DNA of 64,000 bases. Origin: Candidatus Latescibacterota bacterium. GTDB lineage: Bacteria > Latescibacterota > UBA2968 > GCA-2709665. How positions within the stretch are numbered: the first letter of the stretch is position 1; each line of letters opens with the position of its first letter. The notes below the pieces were generated by a model. The model worked only from the letters and a program-made list of their open reading frames with translations, was not told the origin of the DNA and did no database searches. Position numbers and translations under genes: made by a program. Location: assembly GCA_965237675.1 (NCBI GenBank), contig OZ250150.1:2688001-2752000 (forward strand), written 5' to 3'. This document shows positions 44,796 to 55,749 of this stretch, piece by piece.

Positions 44796-46445
44796 TCATT
44801 TAATCCGTACATTACCGGATACAAGCTTCGGCAGCAGCGCATCCCGCTGATACGAGAGATTTCTAGAATTCGAATCGTTCGAACGGATACGTTCATCTAT
44901 AGATCGGATTCGCGTTTCGAAGACTTCAATCAACTTGGCTGTTGGCTGAAATACCCTCAAAGATTCAAACTGCTTCTTGTTAATGGCACCAAACACCGTG
45001 CCGGTGTGTTCGTACAGCTGTATTTCGTTCTGCAGAGCCCAGGCCGTGTAGAATGTGAATGAAGCTGAGCCAGAAATGTGCCGCAATGCCGCTACGCCAC
45101 GCCCGATGCAGCACTCCTCCCATGCCATGTTTATTGCTCCGACAGGCGCTCTAACGCTGACCATTGTATCATCGGCATATGCAATCCGAGTTGGGTGCGT
45201 ACAGTACCTCCTACGTTCGGGATAGCGGAAACTAAAATCGGCATTTCCCTGAAAAAATGGCAAACCTTTCCCGATTTCGTTATAGGTGCTGCCGGGAGGG
45301 GATTGTCCCATGGTCAGTTTGAAGCATTCTGCCAGCCGCTTCACCTCCCACCCCTCCGGTATCTCGCCAAGCTCCGATTCGACGAGGCGGTCGGGGAAGA
45401 GGTCGGCGATGTTTTCGTCCATTCTGTTCAGATATGCGCACGCGCGCTCCACTGTCCAATCGCTCGCCTCCGATAGGGGAGTCGTCAGCGCCGCCTTCGC
45501 ACGGACAGGGTCGAAGTCCACAAACCACGACTTAAACAGCGCACGAGCCATCTCCTCCAGCGTCTCGTTCACACGTCGGTTCAACTCGATCTTGTCGTCG
45601 AGTGTGCCGAGGATGTGGGCGATGGCGCGTTGTTCGGAGAGGGTCGGTAGTGAAAATCGAAATCTCTTAATCCTATCAGGCGACGTATGCTTTACGGTGG
45701 TTCCAGTCGCGCTTGCAAGCACCTCATGACGGTACTCTTCCGAGCACATGACATAGTAGATATATCTCGCGCAAATTTCACCAGGTGCTTTAGTAGAAAT
45801 CTTGCCGAGACGCTGGTTGTGAAGGTAACGACGACCTTGTGTTCGCGGTGGTACAAGTGCTGGATATCCAAGTGTGTCTGATTGTTTGCTGAGATCAGTC
45901 ATGGTTACGAGCAGATCACCTTCTTGGAGCACATATTCTTCAGGCACAGGCCCGTCGAAGTACTTAAATTTATCTCGTTTAAATCCCCCGCTGATGCCGA
46001 AATTTCCAGGTGTTAACAGTATGTCACCGTTGGGCTCATCACGGATAGAAGTACCCTTGAAAGCAAACCCATGCTTTATTTCGACAAGGTCGCCAATTGC
46101 GACCTCCCTCCACTCACCTCGAGTGGTATCCTTCGCCCCCTCCTGCAAAACCGTATATTTCCGCTCAATCTCCTGATGGAAGCTTTCTGGCAACCTCGCC
46201 CAATCGCGCCCCCGTACGAGGATAGGGATGTTCGATTTCTCAATGGCCTCCACGAGTCCAAAGAAGCCGTCGCCCAGAGGCTTCAGTTCGGAACCTCTCA
46301 CCACCAGATCCAGGTCGCTACCATCGTGACTCTCGCCTGTGACGTGGCTGCCGTATGCCCAGACCTCCGCGTCTGGCACATATTCATGCAAAAGCGCCTC
46401 AAGGATGCGCCTGTATCGCTGCGGCAGATGCAATCTGTCAGTCAT
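44796..46445 (-). CDS. hsdS: type I R-M specificity subunit with N-terminal minimal nucleotidyltransferase (MNT) domain
   Basis: N-terminal VWAYGS..G....GSDLDLVV; two TRDs; PTLSEQRAIAHILGTLDDKIELN; SELGEIPEGW; RDALLPKLVSG. Confidence 0.92.
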   Translation of the reverse strand: MTDRLHLPQRYRRILEALLHEYVPDAEVWAYGSHVTGESHDGSDLDLVVRGSELKPLGDGFFGLVEAIEKSNIPILVRGRDWARLPESFHQEIERKYTVLQEGAKDTTRGEWREVAIGDLVEIKHGFAFKGTSIRDEPNGDILLTPGNFGISGGFKRDKFKYFDGPVPEEYVLQEGDLLVTMTDLSKQSDTLGYPALVPPRTQGRRYLHNQRLGKISTKAPGEICARYIYYVMCSEEYRHEVLASATGTTVKHTSPDRIKRFRFSLPTLSEQRAIAHILGTLDDKIELNRRVNETLEEMARALFKSWFVDFDPVRAKAALTTPLSEASDWTVERACAYLNRMDENIADLFPDRLVESELGEIPEGWEVKRLAECFKLTMGQSPPGSTYNEIGKGLPFFQGNADFSFRYPERRRYCTHPTRIAYADDTMVSVRAPVGAINMAWEECCIGRGVAALRHISGSASFTFYTAWALQNEIQLYEHTGTVFGAINKKQFESLRVFQPTAKLIEVFETRIRSIDERIRSNDSNSRNLSYQRDALLPKLVSGNVRIK

Positions 46446-46453
46446 CGGCGCTC

Positions 46454-46816
46454 TCAGCTATGATTTTTGTCAACTCCCTGTCGTCCGTCCGTGCTCCGGA
46501 ACAACCCTCTCCCCTTGGGAGAGGGTGGCGCGAATCTTGTTGCTGCGCATCGCTTCGGTTCGTCTGTCCGGCAGTCAGACCCTCTCCCAGTGGGAGAGGG
46601 TGGCGCGAAGCGCCGGGTGAGGGTATGCTCCGTAGCCCGGCGCTCCCGTTCGGGTTCGCCGTCCTCACGCATACTTTCGATATGGAATTCGATGGCCTCC
46701 CGGATCTCTTCCAGCAGCGCCTCCCGGGTGTCAGCTGTGGCGACGCAACCGGGCAGGTCGGGCACATAGGCCGCGAAGTTATCGGGGGTCCTTTCGATTG
46801 CGACGGTGTATTTCAT
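46454..46816 (-). CDS. hicB: HicB-family antitoxin with palindrome-derived C-terminal extension
   Basis: MKYTVAIE....AAYVPDLPGCVATADT....IREAIEFHIE, then [26 protein letters not shown] HicA-like tail (ILKQSGL) lies just upstream. Confidence 0.85.
   Translation of the reverse strand: MKYTVAIERTPDNFAAYVPDLPGCVATADTREALLEEIREAIEFHIESMREDGEPERERRATEHTLTRRFAPPSPTGRGSDCRTDEPKRCAATRFAPPSPKGRGLFRSTDGRQGVDKNHS
46504..46623. repeat. doublet of CCCTCTCCC-N3-GGGAGAGGG palindromes, 75-bp spacing
   Basis: Copies at 46504 and 46579, ending GGCGCGAAGCGCCGGGTGAGGG. Confidence 0.9.
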
Positions 46817-46926
46817 GGGTCGAATTCCTCGTTAAGGCCCGATTGTTTCAAAATGCGCTTCGACGTGCACGGAGGCAATTAACGGTTCCGAAACCACCCG
46901 CCGGGAAATTATCGAAATCGGCGACC

Positions 46927-47550
46927 CTAAGACTCCTCTCGCTTAAAAGTCTCGCAAAGTTTCTGGTAAATATCTCTATCCATTCCCGGGCAGTTGGCAA
47001 ACAAGCCGTCAGGGGTCATTTCCCCAATGCGAATCTTGTACTCTCTTCGGTTGCGATTGACAGCTTCAGCCATTTCGGGCATTAGCGGCTCGACGAGTTT
47101 CTCCGCTGTAGCATACGGTCCTTCATGACACGCCGCGTCAGGCACGCGATCATTCTGGAACCACGTAGCGAGGCCCTCTTCGAGCACGTTAGTAGTACGC
47201 CCCTCGATTTTCGGACACCATGGGTCGATCAGGTGGACGCACTCGTGCGCAAGTCGCCACCTCGCGCAGACCGGGTCGTTAAGCGCATTCGGGCCCAGCC
47301 GGATAATAATGTGCTTCGACCTCTTTTCCACATCACCGGGTGCAATGCCGCTGTCTGGAAACCAGACGCGTGGCGAATTGCCCGGAGTTCTGTCTATGTC
47401 GATACCAACCAAGGTAAACGAACGGTCTCGCGGCCCGAACAAGTGTTCAATGTCAGCCAGGAATTGACTGGCCCACTCCGTCAGTGTCATTGGGCTATGG
47501 CTGCCGTCGTTCCGGTACTTGGTAACAAATAGTGATTCGATGACACTCAT
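46927..47550 (-). CDS. hypothetical protein with HExxH motif (putative zinc metallopeptidase)
   Basis: LAHECVHLIDP...NVLEEGLATWF. Confidence 0.7.
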   Translation of the reverse strand: MSVIESLFVTKYRNDGSHSPMTLTEWASQFLADIEHLFGPRDRSFTLVGIDIDRTPGNSPRVWFPDSGIAPGDVEKRSKHIIIRLGPNALNDPVCARWRLAHECVHLIDPWCPKIEGRTTNVLEEGLATWFQNDRVPDAACHEGPYATAEKLVEPLMPEMAEAVNRNRREYKIRIGEMTPDGLFANCPGMDRDIYQKLCETFKREES

Positions 47551-47555
47551 AGGCT

Positions 47556-49880
47556 TTATCCAAATCCCAGCCTTGCCAGGTTTTCTTCAATTTCAGAGTC
47601 TAGCCGCCGTGCCTCCGCCTGCTGTTCTCGCCACTGGGCCGTGAGCCGGGCCATTTTCTCTTCGAAAGGCTCCCCATCGTCCTCCTGAGGCTCCGCGCCG
47701 ACGTAGCGGCCGGGCGTGAGGACGTGGCCGTGTTTACGTATCTCTTCCAGGGAAGCGCTTTTGCAGAAGCCGGGTATGTCGCGGTAAACCGCGACACCCT
47801 CACCCTGGCCCTCTCCCAGAGGGAGAGGGGAGTCAACGGATCTGCCGCGCCAGGCATGGTAGGTGTCCGCGACCCTGGCGATGTCCTCCGGCGAGAGGTC
47901 GCGTCGCGTGCGGTCGATCATATGACCCAGCTTCCGGGCATCGATGAACAGAACTTCACCCGCTTGGTCGCGAATCCTCACCCCTTCCCCTCTCCCGGCG
48001 GGAGAGGGGTTTAGGGCGTCTGCGATTTCGTTCAGGGCTTCCTGGGTGTGCTGCAGCAAGTGTTGGTTTTTAATTCGGACGACGGTCATCCCCAAAGATT
48101 CCAGATAAGCGTCGCGGTTCCTGTCCATCGTACGTCGCTCATCGGAGTCGTGGACCGATCCATCCAATTCCACGACCAACCGCTTCTCGTCGCAGTAAAA
48201 GTCAACGATATAGTTGCCGATCTGATGTTGGCGTCGGAATTTGAGGCCAAGGAATTGTCGGTCCCGGAACAACTCCCATGCGAAAGCTTCCGCAGGAGTC
48301 GCCTTTTCCCTCATCTCTCGCGCCCGTTCCAGCAACCCGGAAAACTCCAGCCCACCTCTGTAATGACCCTCTCCCTGTGGGAGAGGGTGGCGCGAAGGTT
48401 GTTGATGGGTGCCGCTGCCGATCCCCTCCGCCGCACAACGACCCTCTCCCTGTGGGAGAGGGTGGCGCGAAGGTGTCTGATGGGTGCCGCTGCCGGTCCC
48501 CTCCGCCGCACAACGACCCTCTCCCCCTGGGAGAGGGTGGCGCGAAGGTGTCTGATGGGAGCCGCTGCCGGTCCCCTCCGCCGCACAACGACCCTCTCCC
48601 TGTGGGAGAGGGTGGCGCGAAGCGCCGGGTGAGGGTTTCATGCCCCTGTCGCGGGAAATGAACCAGAGACAGGCGGGTATCTGTGTCGATCGGAACAGTT
48701 GGCCGGGCAGGGCGACGATGCAGTCCACCAGGTTGGCTTCGATGATGTTCTTTCGTATTTCCCCCTCGTTGGACTGGTTCGACGACATCGAGCCATTGGC
48801 CAGGACAAAGCCGGCGGTGCCTCGTGGCGCGAGATGATGCACGAAGTGTTGCACCCAGGCGAAATTCGCATTCCCTACCGGTGGGACGCCGAATTCCCAT
48901 CGCTTGTCGTCCCGCAGACGTTCGCCGCCCCAGTCGGAGACGTTGAAGGGAGGATTGGCGAGAATGTAGTCCGCTTTCAGGTCGGGGTGCCGGTCATTGT
49001 GGAAGCTGTCGCCGTGAGCGATCTGACCCTCAATGCCACGTATCGCCAGGTTCATCTGCGCCATACGCCAGGTGGTGTAGTTGGACTCCTGGCCGTATAT
49101 GGAGATTTTCTCCCTGGCGCTACCCCCGCCTGCCTGTCCCTCACCCGGCGCGAAAGCGCCGGGTGAGGGTATACCGCTGGTGTGAGCGTCAATGAATTCC
49201 ATTGACTGGACGAACATTCCGGACGAGCCGCAGCATGGGTCGTAAACCCTCCCCTCGTAAGGTTTCAACATCTCTACCAGGAGCCGCACGATGCTGCGTG
49301 GGGTGTAGAACTCGCCGCCTTTCCGTCCCTCTGCAAGTGCGAACTGCCCGAGGAAGTACTCGTAGATGCTGCCGAGCACGTCCGTGGCGCGTGCCTCGGC
49401 GCCGCCCACCTTGATGTTACTGACCATGTCGACCACTTGGCCGAGGCGGGTTTTGTCGAGTGCGGGGCGGGCGTAGTCCTTTGGCAACACGTCTTTGAGC
49501 GCGGGATTGTCGCGCTCGATGGCGGTCATCGCATCGTCCACCGTCCGACCAATGGTGGGCTGGTGTGCCTGTGATTGAAGTTTCGGCCATCTTGCCTCGG
49601 GGGGCACCCAGAAGATGCTCTTTGCGCGGTACTCGTCCGGGTCTTCCGGATCCGCGCCTTCAGCGACTTCATCCACCAGCTTCGCATGGGCCTCCTCGAA
49701 CGCGTCCGAGATGTACTTGAGGAAGATCAGACCGAGAACGACGTGTTTGTATTCAGCAGCATCCATGCTGCCGCGCAGCGCGTCGGCCATCCCCCATAGT
49801 TCAGTTCGAAAATCCGCAGCGCCGCTGTTTTGACTCGATTCGGTCTCCGTTGTGGATTTTCTGCGTCTACCTTTGGCCAT
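47556..49880 (-). CDS. hsdM: type I R-M methyltransferase subunit with in-frame DUF559 domain and palindrome insertions
   Basis: [56 protein letters not shown]; start ATG 49880 with GGGAG RBS. Confidence 0.95.
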   Translation of the reverse strand: MAKGRRRKSTTETESSQNSGAADFRTELWGMADALRGSMDAAEYKHVVLGLIFLKYISDAFEEAHAKLVDEVAEGADPEDPDEYRAKSIFWVPPEARWPKLQSQAHQPTIGRTVDDAMTAIERDNPALKDVLPKDYARPALDKTRLGQVVDMVSNIKVGGAEARATDVLGSIYEYFLGQFALAEGRKGGEFYTPRSIVRLLVEMLKPYEGRVYDPCCGSSGMFVQSMEFIDAHTSGIPSPGAFAPGEGQAGGGSAREKISIYGQESNYTTWRMAQMNLAIRGIEGQIAHGDSFHNDRHPDLKADYILANPPFNVSDWGGERLRDDKRWEFGVPPVGNANFAWVQHFVHHLAPRGTAGFVLANGSMSSNQSNEGEIRKNIIEANLVDCIVALPGQLFRSTQIPACLWFISRDRGMKPSPGASRHPLPQGEGRCAAEGTGSGSHQTPSRHPLPGGEGRCAAEGTGSGTHQTPSRHPLPQGEGRCAAEGIGSGTHQQPSRHPLPQGEGHYRGGLEFSGLLERAREMREKATPAEAFAWELFRDRQFLGLKFRRQHQIGNYIVDFYCDEKRLVVELDGSVHDSDERRTMDRNRDAYLESLGMTVVRIKNQHLLQHTQEALNEIADALNPSPAGRGEGVRIRDQAGEVLFIDARKLGHMIDRTRRDLSPEDIARVADTYHAWRGRSVDSPLPLGEGQGEGVAVYRDIPGFCKSASLEEIRKHGHVLTPGRYVGAEPQEDDGEPFEEKMARLTAQWREQQAEARRLDSEIEENLARLGFG
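47975..48635 (-). mobile_element. putative DUF559 endonuclease cassette flanked by oppositely oriented palindromic repeats, in frame within hsdM
   Basis: RAREMR...[30 protein letters not shown]....LVVELDG.VH...D..RD.YL..LG..VVRI.N (about 48010-48360); four palindromes on one side, one reversed copy on the other. Confidence 0.8.
48366..48635. repeat. four palindromes in 75-bp tandem units
   Basis: ACCCTCTCCC starts at 48366, 48441, 48516 and 48591; spacers nearly identical. Confidence 0.95.
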
Positions 49881-50412
49881 CGTGTATTGCTCCCGTGTTT
49901 TCCGCTCCAAAGCTGACTTAACGTACACCTTTAAAGTATACTACGCTGGTTTGTCAGTCAACGCAAAATGCGACAACTGTCGCATTTTGCGACACCGGGC
50001 GGCTGCACGAGTTGCTATCGACATCGAGGGCGAACATCGTGCCGGACGGCCACCACGTGCTTTGCTCTAAACTATACCCCCCACCGGCACGCCTGCGGGC
50101 TGGCGCCCTTGCCTTGCCAACTCCCCCTCAAGGGGGAGTGTTGCGAGATGTCCTGGCGCGGTCGGTAGCCTGGTTTGAAAGGCGGGACGCCGTTAAAAGG
50201 GCCGATTACTCGATTCTTGGTAAAGTCGAAGTCTTACTTGAACGCTTGGATCTGACGGAAACCAGGGCTTTATCTCTCGGTTTGAAATATGCGAGCAGAC
50301 AGGAATGTCCGCTCCACCCTTTCAAGCTCTGGTTCGACGTATCGCGCGGAGCGCGGGAATCTGTCGATCGGTTCCCCCACCGGCGCACTTAGCTTGCCTG
50401 ACCTGCAGTCAG

Positions 50413-50532
50413 ACCCTCTACCCTTGGGAGAGGGTGACATTTAGCTTGATGCTGCGCATCGCTTGGGTTCGTCTGTCCCGCAGCCAGACCCTCTCCCTCT
50501 GGGAGAGGGTGGCGCGAAGCGCCGGGTGAGGG
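50413..50532. repeat. intergenic doublet of the same palindrome, 75-bp spacing
   Basis: Copies at 50413 and 50488; spacer closely matches the hicB doublet. Confidence 0.9.
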
Positions 50533-50608
50533 CGCCCTTTCCATTACACGATGTAAATATAAACCAAACAGGCCCGCGTGACGTCACGCAAGCCTGTCTC
50601 TGAATTCA

Positions 50609-50684
50609 TGGTGGAGCTGATCGGGATCGAACCGACGACCTCATGACTGCCAGTCATGCGCTCTCCCAGCTGAGCTACAGCCCC
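50609..50684 (-). tRNA. tRNA-Ala (GGC)
   Basis: GGGGCTGTAGCTCAGCTGGGAGAGCGCATGACTGGCAGTCATGAGGTCGTCGGTTCGATCCCGATCAGCTCCACCA; 76 nt, G3:U70 pair, CCA encoded. Confidence 0.97.
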
Positions 50685-50837
50685 ACCTCTGGGCAATGTG
50701 GAGGTAGTGTAACAAAGCGACCGTTTTCTGTCAAGCGAAAAGGCTGGCGTCGGGCCCTTCGGGCCGAGGGATTTCGAGCCGTTGAACGTGCACTTGTCCG
50801 GGCGAGCGCACGTTCTGTAGGACACTTCCCAGAGTCG

Positions 50838-52925
<2,088 letters not shown>

Positions 52926-53014
52926 TTAAGTTAATATAATTAATGAGTTGTGTCAATTTCAAAGGCCCGCATGGGGTTTTTGGCCCATTGACGGGGACCT
53001 CCTCCGGCGAAAGA

Positions 53015-53890
53015 TCAGCGTGCGCCCGCGAGGATGGCCAACAACCCGAGAACCATCCCCGCTTTCAGCAGTCTGTTGACCCGGCGCAGGCGGGTTTTTT
53101 CGGGGACGCGCCGGAGGGACAACATGATGCCGATCAGCAACAGATCGAGGAGGCAGACGAGGATGAGATAGGGCAGTCCGTAGAGGTCCAGGATGTACGG
53201 AACCGGGGTGAGGAGAATCAGGAGCGCGTACGCGGAAATAGCCAGGCGGCAGGATTTGGCCGGTCCCCATCGGAGCGGCAGGGTTCCGCCGGGCGCCCGG
53301 CGATCTCCGGGCACGTCGTGAGCGTCTTTGAGGATTTCCCGACCGAAATGGTAAAGGGTCGCAAACAAGGCCGGGACGGCCGCCGGCATGGGCGCGCGGA
53401 CGGCGAAACCGCCGTAGAAGAAAGCCAGACCGCACAGAAGGCTTACCACAATGTTGCCGGCAACCGGGATGTGTTTCAACCGCCGATTATAGGCCACGAG
53501 GAAGCCGCAGGCGGCCGCGGCGGTCAGCATGGCTTCAGGAGGCAGCAAAAGGCCGAGGCCCAGGCCGAGCGCCAGGAAGAAAACGCCTTCAATGCGGGCT
53601 GCAAGGGGGGTGAGACGGGCGGAAGGAAGGGGCCGGTGCGGGTGGTTGATGCGATCGGATTCCAGATCCCATACGTCGTTGAACGCATTCCCGCCGGCCA
53701 TGACGGCTGCGGCGGAGAAAGCGGCGATCCAGAGCGACGCGGGAAGCGCGTGGAAACCCAGCCACCCGCCCAGGAGCACCGAGGCAAACGTGATGAGACA
53801 GTTCTGAGGGCGCGTGATCCGGAGGCCCGCGCGAAAGGCGGCGGCTTCGGAAAGGTCAGACCGGAGCGGCGCCGGATTCTTTGAAGACAT
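53015..53890 (-). CDS. UbiA-family prenyltransferase (DGGGP synthase-like)
   Basis: RPQNC, NDVWDLESDRINHPHRPLPS, GREILKDAHDVPGD; multiple TM segments. Confidence 0.88.
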   Translation of the reverse strand: MSSKNPAPLRSDLSEAAAFRAGLRITRPQNCLITFASVLLGGWLGFHALPASLWIAAFSAAAVMAGGNAFNDVWDLESDRINHPHRPLPSARLTPLAARIEGVFFLALGLGLGLLLPPEAMLTAAAACGFLVAYNRRLKHIPVAGNIVVSLLCGLAFFYGGFAVRAPMPAAVPALFATLYHFGREILKDAHDVPGDRRAPGGTLPLRWGPAKSCRLAISAYALLILLTPVPYILDLYGLPYLILVCLLDLLLIGIMLSLRRVPEKTRLRRVNRLLKAGMVLGLLAILAGAR

Positions 53891-55559
53891 CGGCGGCGTC
53901 CCGAATGGTATACCGGTAACCCTGTTCGGTAAGAAACGTCTGGCGCTTGCGGGCGAATTCCAATTCGCGGGTATCCCGGGTCACCAGGGTGTAGAAGTGT
54001 GCCAGGCTGCCGTTGGTCTTGGGTCGAAGAATGCGTCCCAACCGCTGGGCTTCTTCCTGGCGTGAACCGAATGTCCCGGAAATCTGGATGGCCACGTTGG
54101 CATCCGGCAGGTCGACGGCGAAATTGGCCACCTTGGAAACGACCATCAGTCGGATATCGCCCTTTCGGAAACGCGCGTATAACCGGTCGCGCTCGCGGCT
54201 GGGGGTTTTGCCTGTAATGATTGGCGCGCGCAGTTCTCTGGCGAAGGCTTCGACCTGGTCGACATATTTGCCGATAACCAGGATCTGATCCTTCTTGTGT
54301 ATCCGGATGAGTTCTTTGGCCAGAGGGATTTTGGACGGATTTTCCGAGGCGATACGGAATTTACCGCGCCCCCCGGCAACGGCGTAGTCCAGTCGCAGAT
54401 GCTGCGGCAACGGGAGGCGAATCTCGCGGCATTCAGCGGTGGCGATCCAGCCCCTGGATTCCAGATCACGCCAGGGTACGTCGAAGCGTTTCGGCCCGAT
54501 GAGACTGAAGACGTCCGCCTCGAGCCCGTCTTCCCGCACAAGCGTGGCGGTGAGACCCAGCCTGCGTCGCGCCTGGAGTTCGGCGGTAAAGCGGAAGACC
54601 GGCGCGGGCAGCAGATGAACTTCGTCGTATAGGATAACGCCCCAGTTGCCCTGGTTGAAGATAGCGAAGTGGGGAAACGGATCGCCTTTTCTCTTTCGAT
54701 AGGTGAGGATATTGTACGTGGCGACGGTAATGGGACGGATTTCTTTGACTTCTCCAGAATATTCGCCGATCTGGTCCGGTTTCAGATCCGTCTTGTCCAG
54801 CAGTTCCGCTATCCACTGCCGGGAGGCGGTGATGTTGGTGGTGAGGATGAGCGCCTGGGTCTGAAGGCGTTCGATGGCGGCGATACCCACAATGGTTTTT
54901 CCCGATCCGCAGGGCAGGACCACCACGCCGCTGCCACCCTCCGGTCCGCCGCCCGCGTGAAAGATCTCCATGGCCTCCCGCTGGTAGTCGCGCAGGTGAA
55001 ACGGTGCGCCCGACTGCGTGATGGTTCGTCGACGCAGCGCCAGATGCTGGCCGGGCAAGTACCCCGCGAGGTCCTTGACGGGAAAGCCGATGCGGGTGAG
55101 CGCCTGTTTCAGGTGGCCCCGGTACAGAAGGTCCACTTTGATGCGACGCGCGTCAATTTTCTTTTTTAAATAAGGCCGTACGGACTTGTGCTGGCAGATT
55201 TCGGTGATGAGCAGCGGGTCGTCCGCCGAGAGGACGAGGTCGTTTCCGGATCGGTCCAGGCGAATTCGACCGTATCGCCCGAGGGTTTCCGCGATCTCGA
55301 CGGTGACGTTCTGGGGGATCTCATATTTGCTGAACGTCTCCAGGGCGTCGGTGATTTCTCCCGCCGTGAGTCCGGCGGCGGCGGCGTTCCAGAGCGAAAG
55401 CGGGCTGATGCGATAGGTGTGAATGTATTCAGGGCTTTTTTCCAGTTCGGCAAAACGCGCCAGGACGCCCCGTGCCGCTTCATACCGCGGGCCCCCGACC
55501 TCTGCTAGAACGGTCATGTCGCTCTGGATGATAAGGGGATTTTGGGGATTGTTTGACAT
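53856..55559 (-). CDS. XPB/Ssl2-like DNA repair helicase
   Basis: PLIIQSD..FAELEKSPEYIHTYRISPLSLWNA, LRDYQ, VVLPCGSGKT, DEVHLLPA, FGSRQEEAQRLGRILRPK. Confidence 0.93.
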   Translation of the reverse strand: MSNNPQNPLIIQSDMTVLAEVGGPRYEAARGVLARFAELEKSPEYIHTYRISPLSLWNAAAAGLTAGEITDALETFSKYEIPQNVTVEIAETLGRYGRIRLDRSGNDLVLSADDPLLITEICQHKSVRPYLKKKIDARRIKVDLLYRGHLKQALTRIGFPVKDLAGYLPGQHLALRRRTITQSGAPFHLRDYQREAMEIFHAGGGPEGGSGVVVLPCGSGKTIVGIAAIERLQTQALILTTNITASRQWIAELLDKTDLKPDQIGEYSGEVKEIRPITVATYNILTYRKRKGDPFPHFAIFNQGNWGVILYDEVHLLPAPVFRFTAELQARRRLGLTATLVREDGLEADVFSLIGPKRFDVPWRDLESRGWIATAECREIRLPLPQHLRLDYAVAGGRGKFRIASENPSKIPLAKELIRIHKKDQILVIGKYVDQVEAFARELRAPIITGKTPSRERDRLYARFRKGDIRLMVVSKVANFAVDLPDANVAIQISGTFGSRQEEAQRLGRILRPKTNGSLAHFYTLVTRDTRELEFARKRQTFLTEQGYRYTIRDAADVFKESGAAPV

Positions 55560-55749
55560 AGAGGTTGGAGACTGACGGGCAGATTCCAGGATCAAGCGAA
55601 GGCGGGACGCTGCTCAACGGGCGTCTTTGCAAACCCGGTGGTACTCCGACGCCAGCGCCGATTCCGGTCATTGACCTTCCGCGCTGGCCCATCCGCGTCC
55701 GAAGATGGATTGAGGTTCCTCCGGGTGCCAGACGCGACGCGTCTCTGAT

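Noticed and set aside
44796-46445. Phase-variable hsdS shufflon
   Set aside because: Only one hsdS, with no silent TRD copies or recombinase.
48366-48635. CRISPR array (palindromic repeats with regular spacing)
   Set aside because: Spacers are near-identical to each other, the array is in frame in a gene, and no cas genes are present.
47975-48635. Intein in HsdM
   Set aside because: No N-terminal Cys/Ser block or C-terminal His-Asn followed by Cys/Ser/Thr was seen; no Hint domain.
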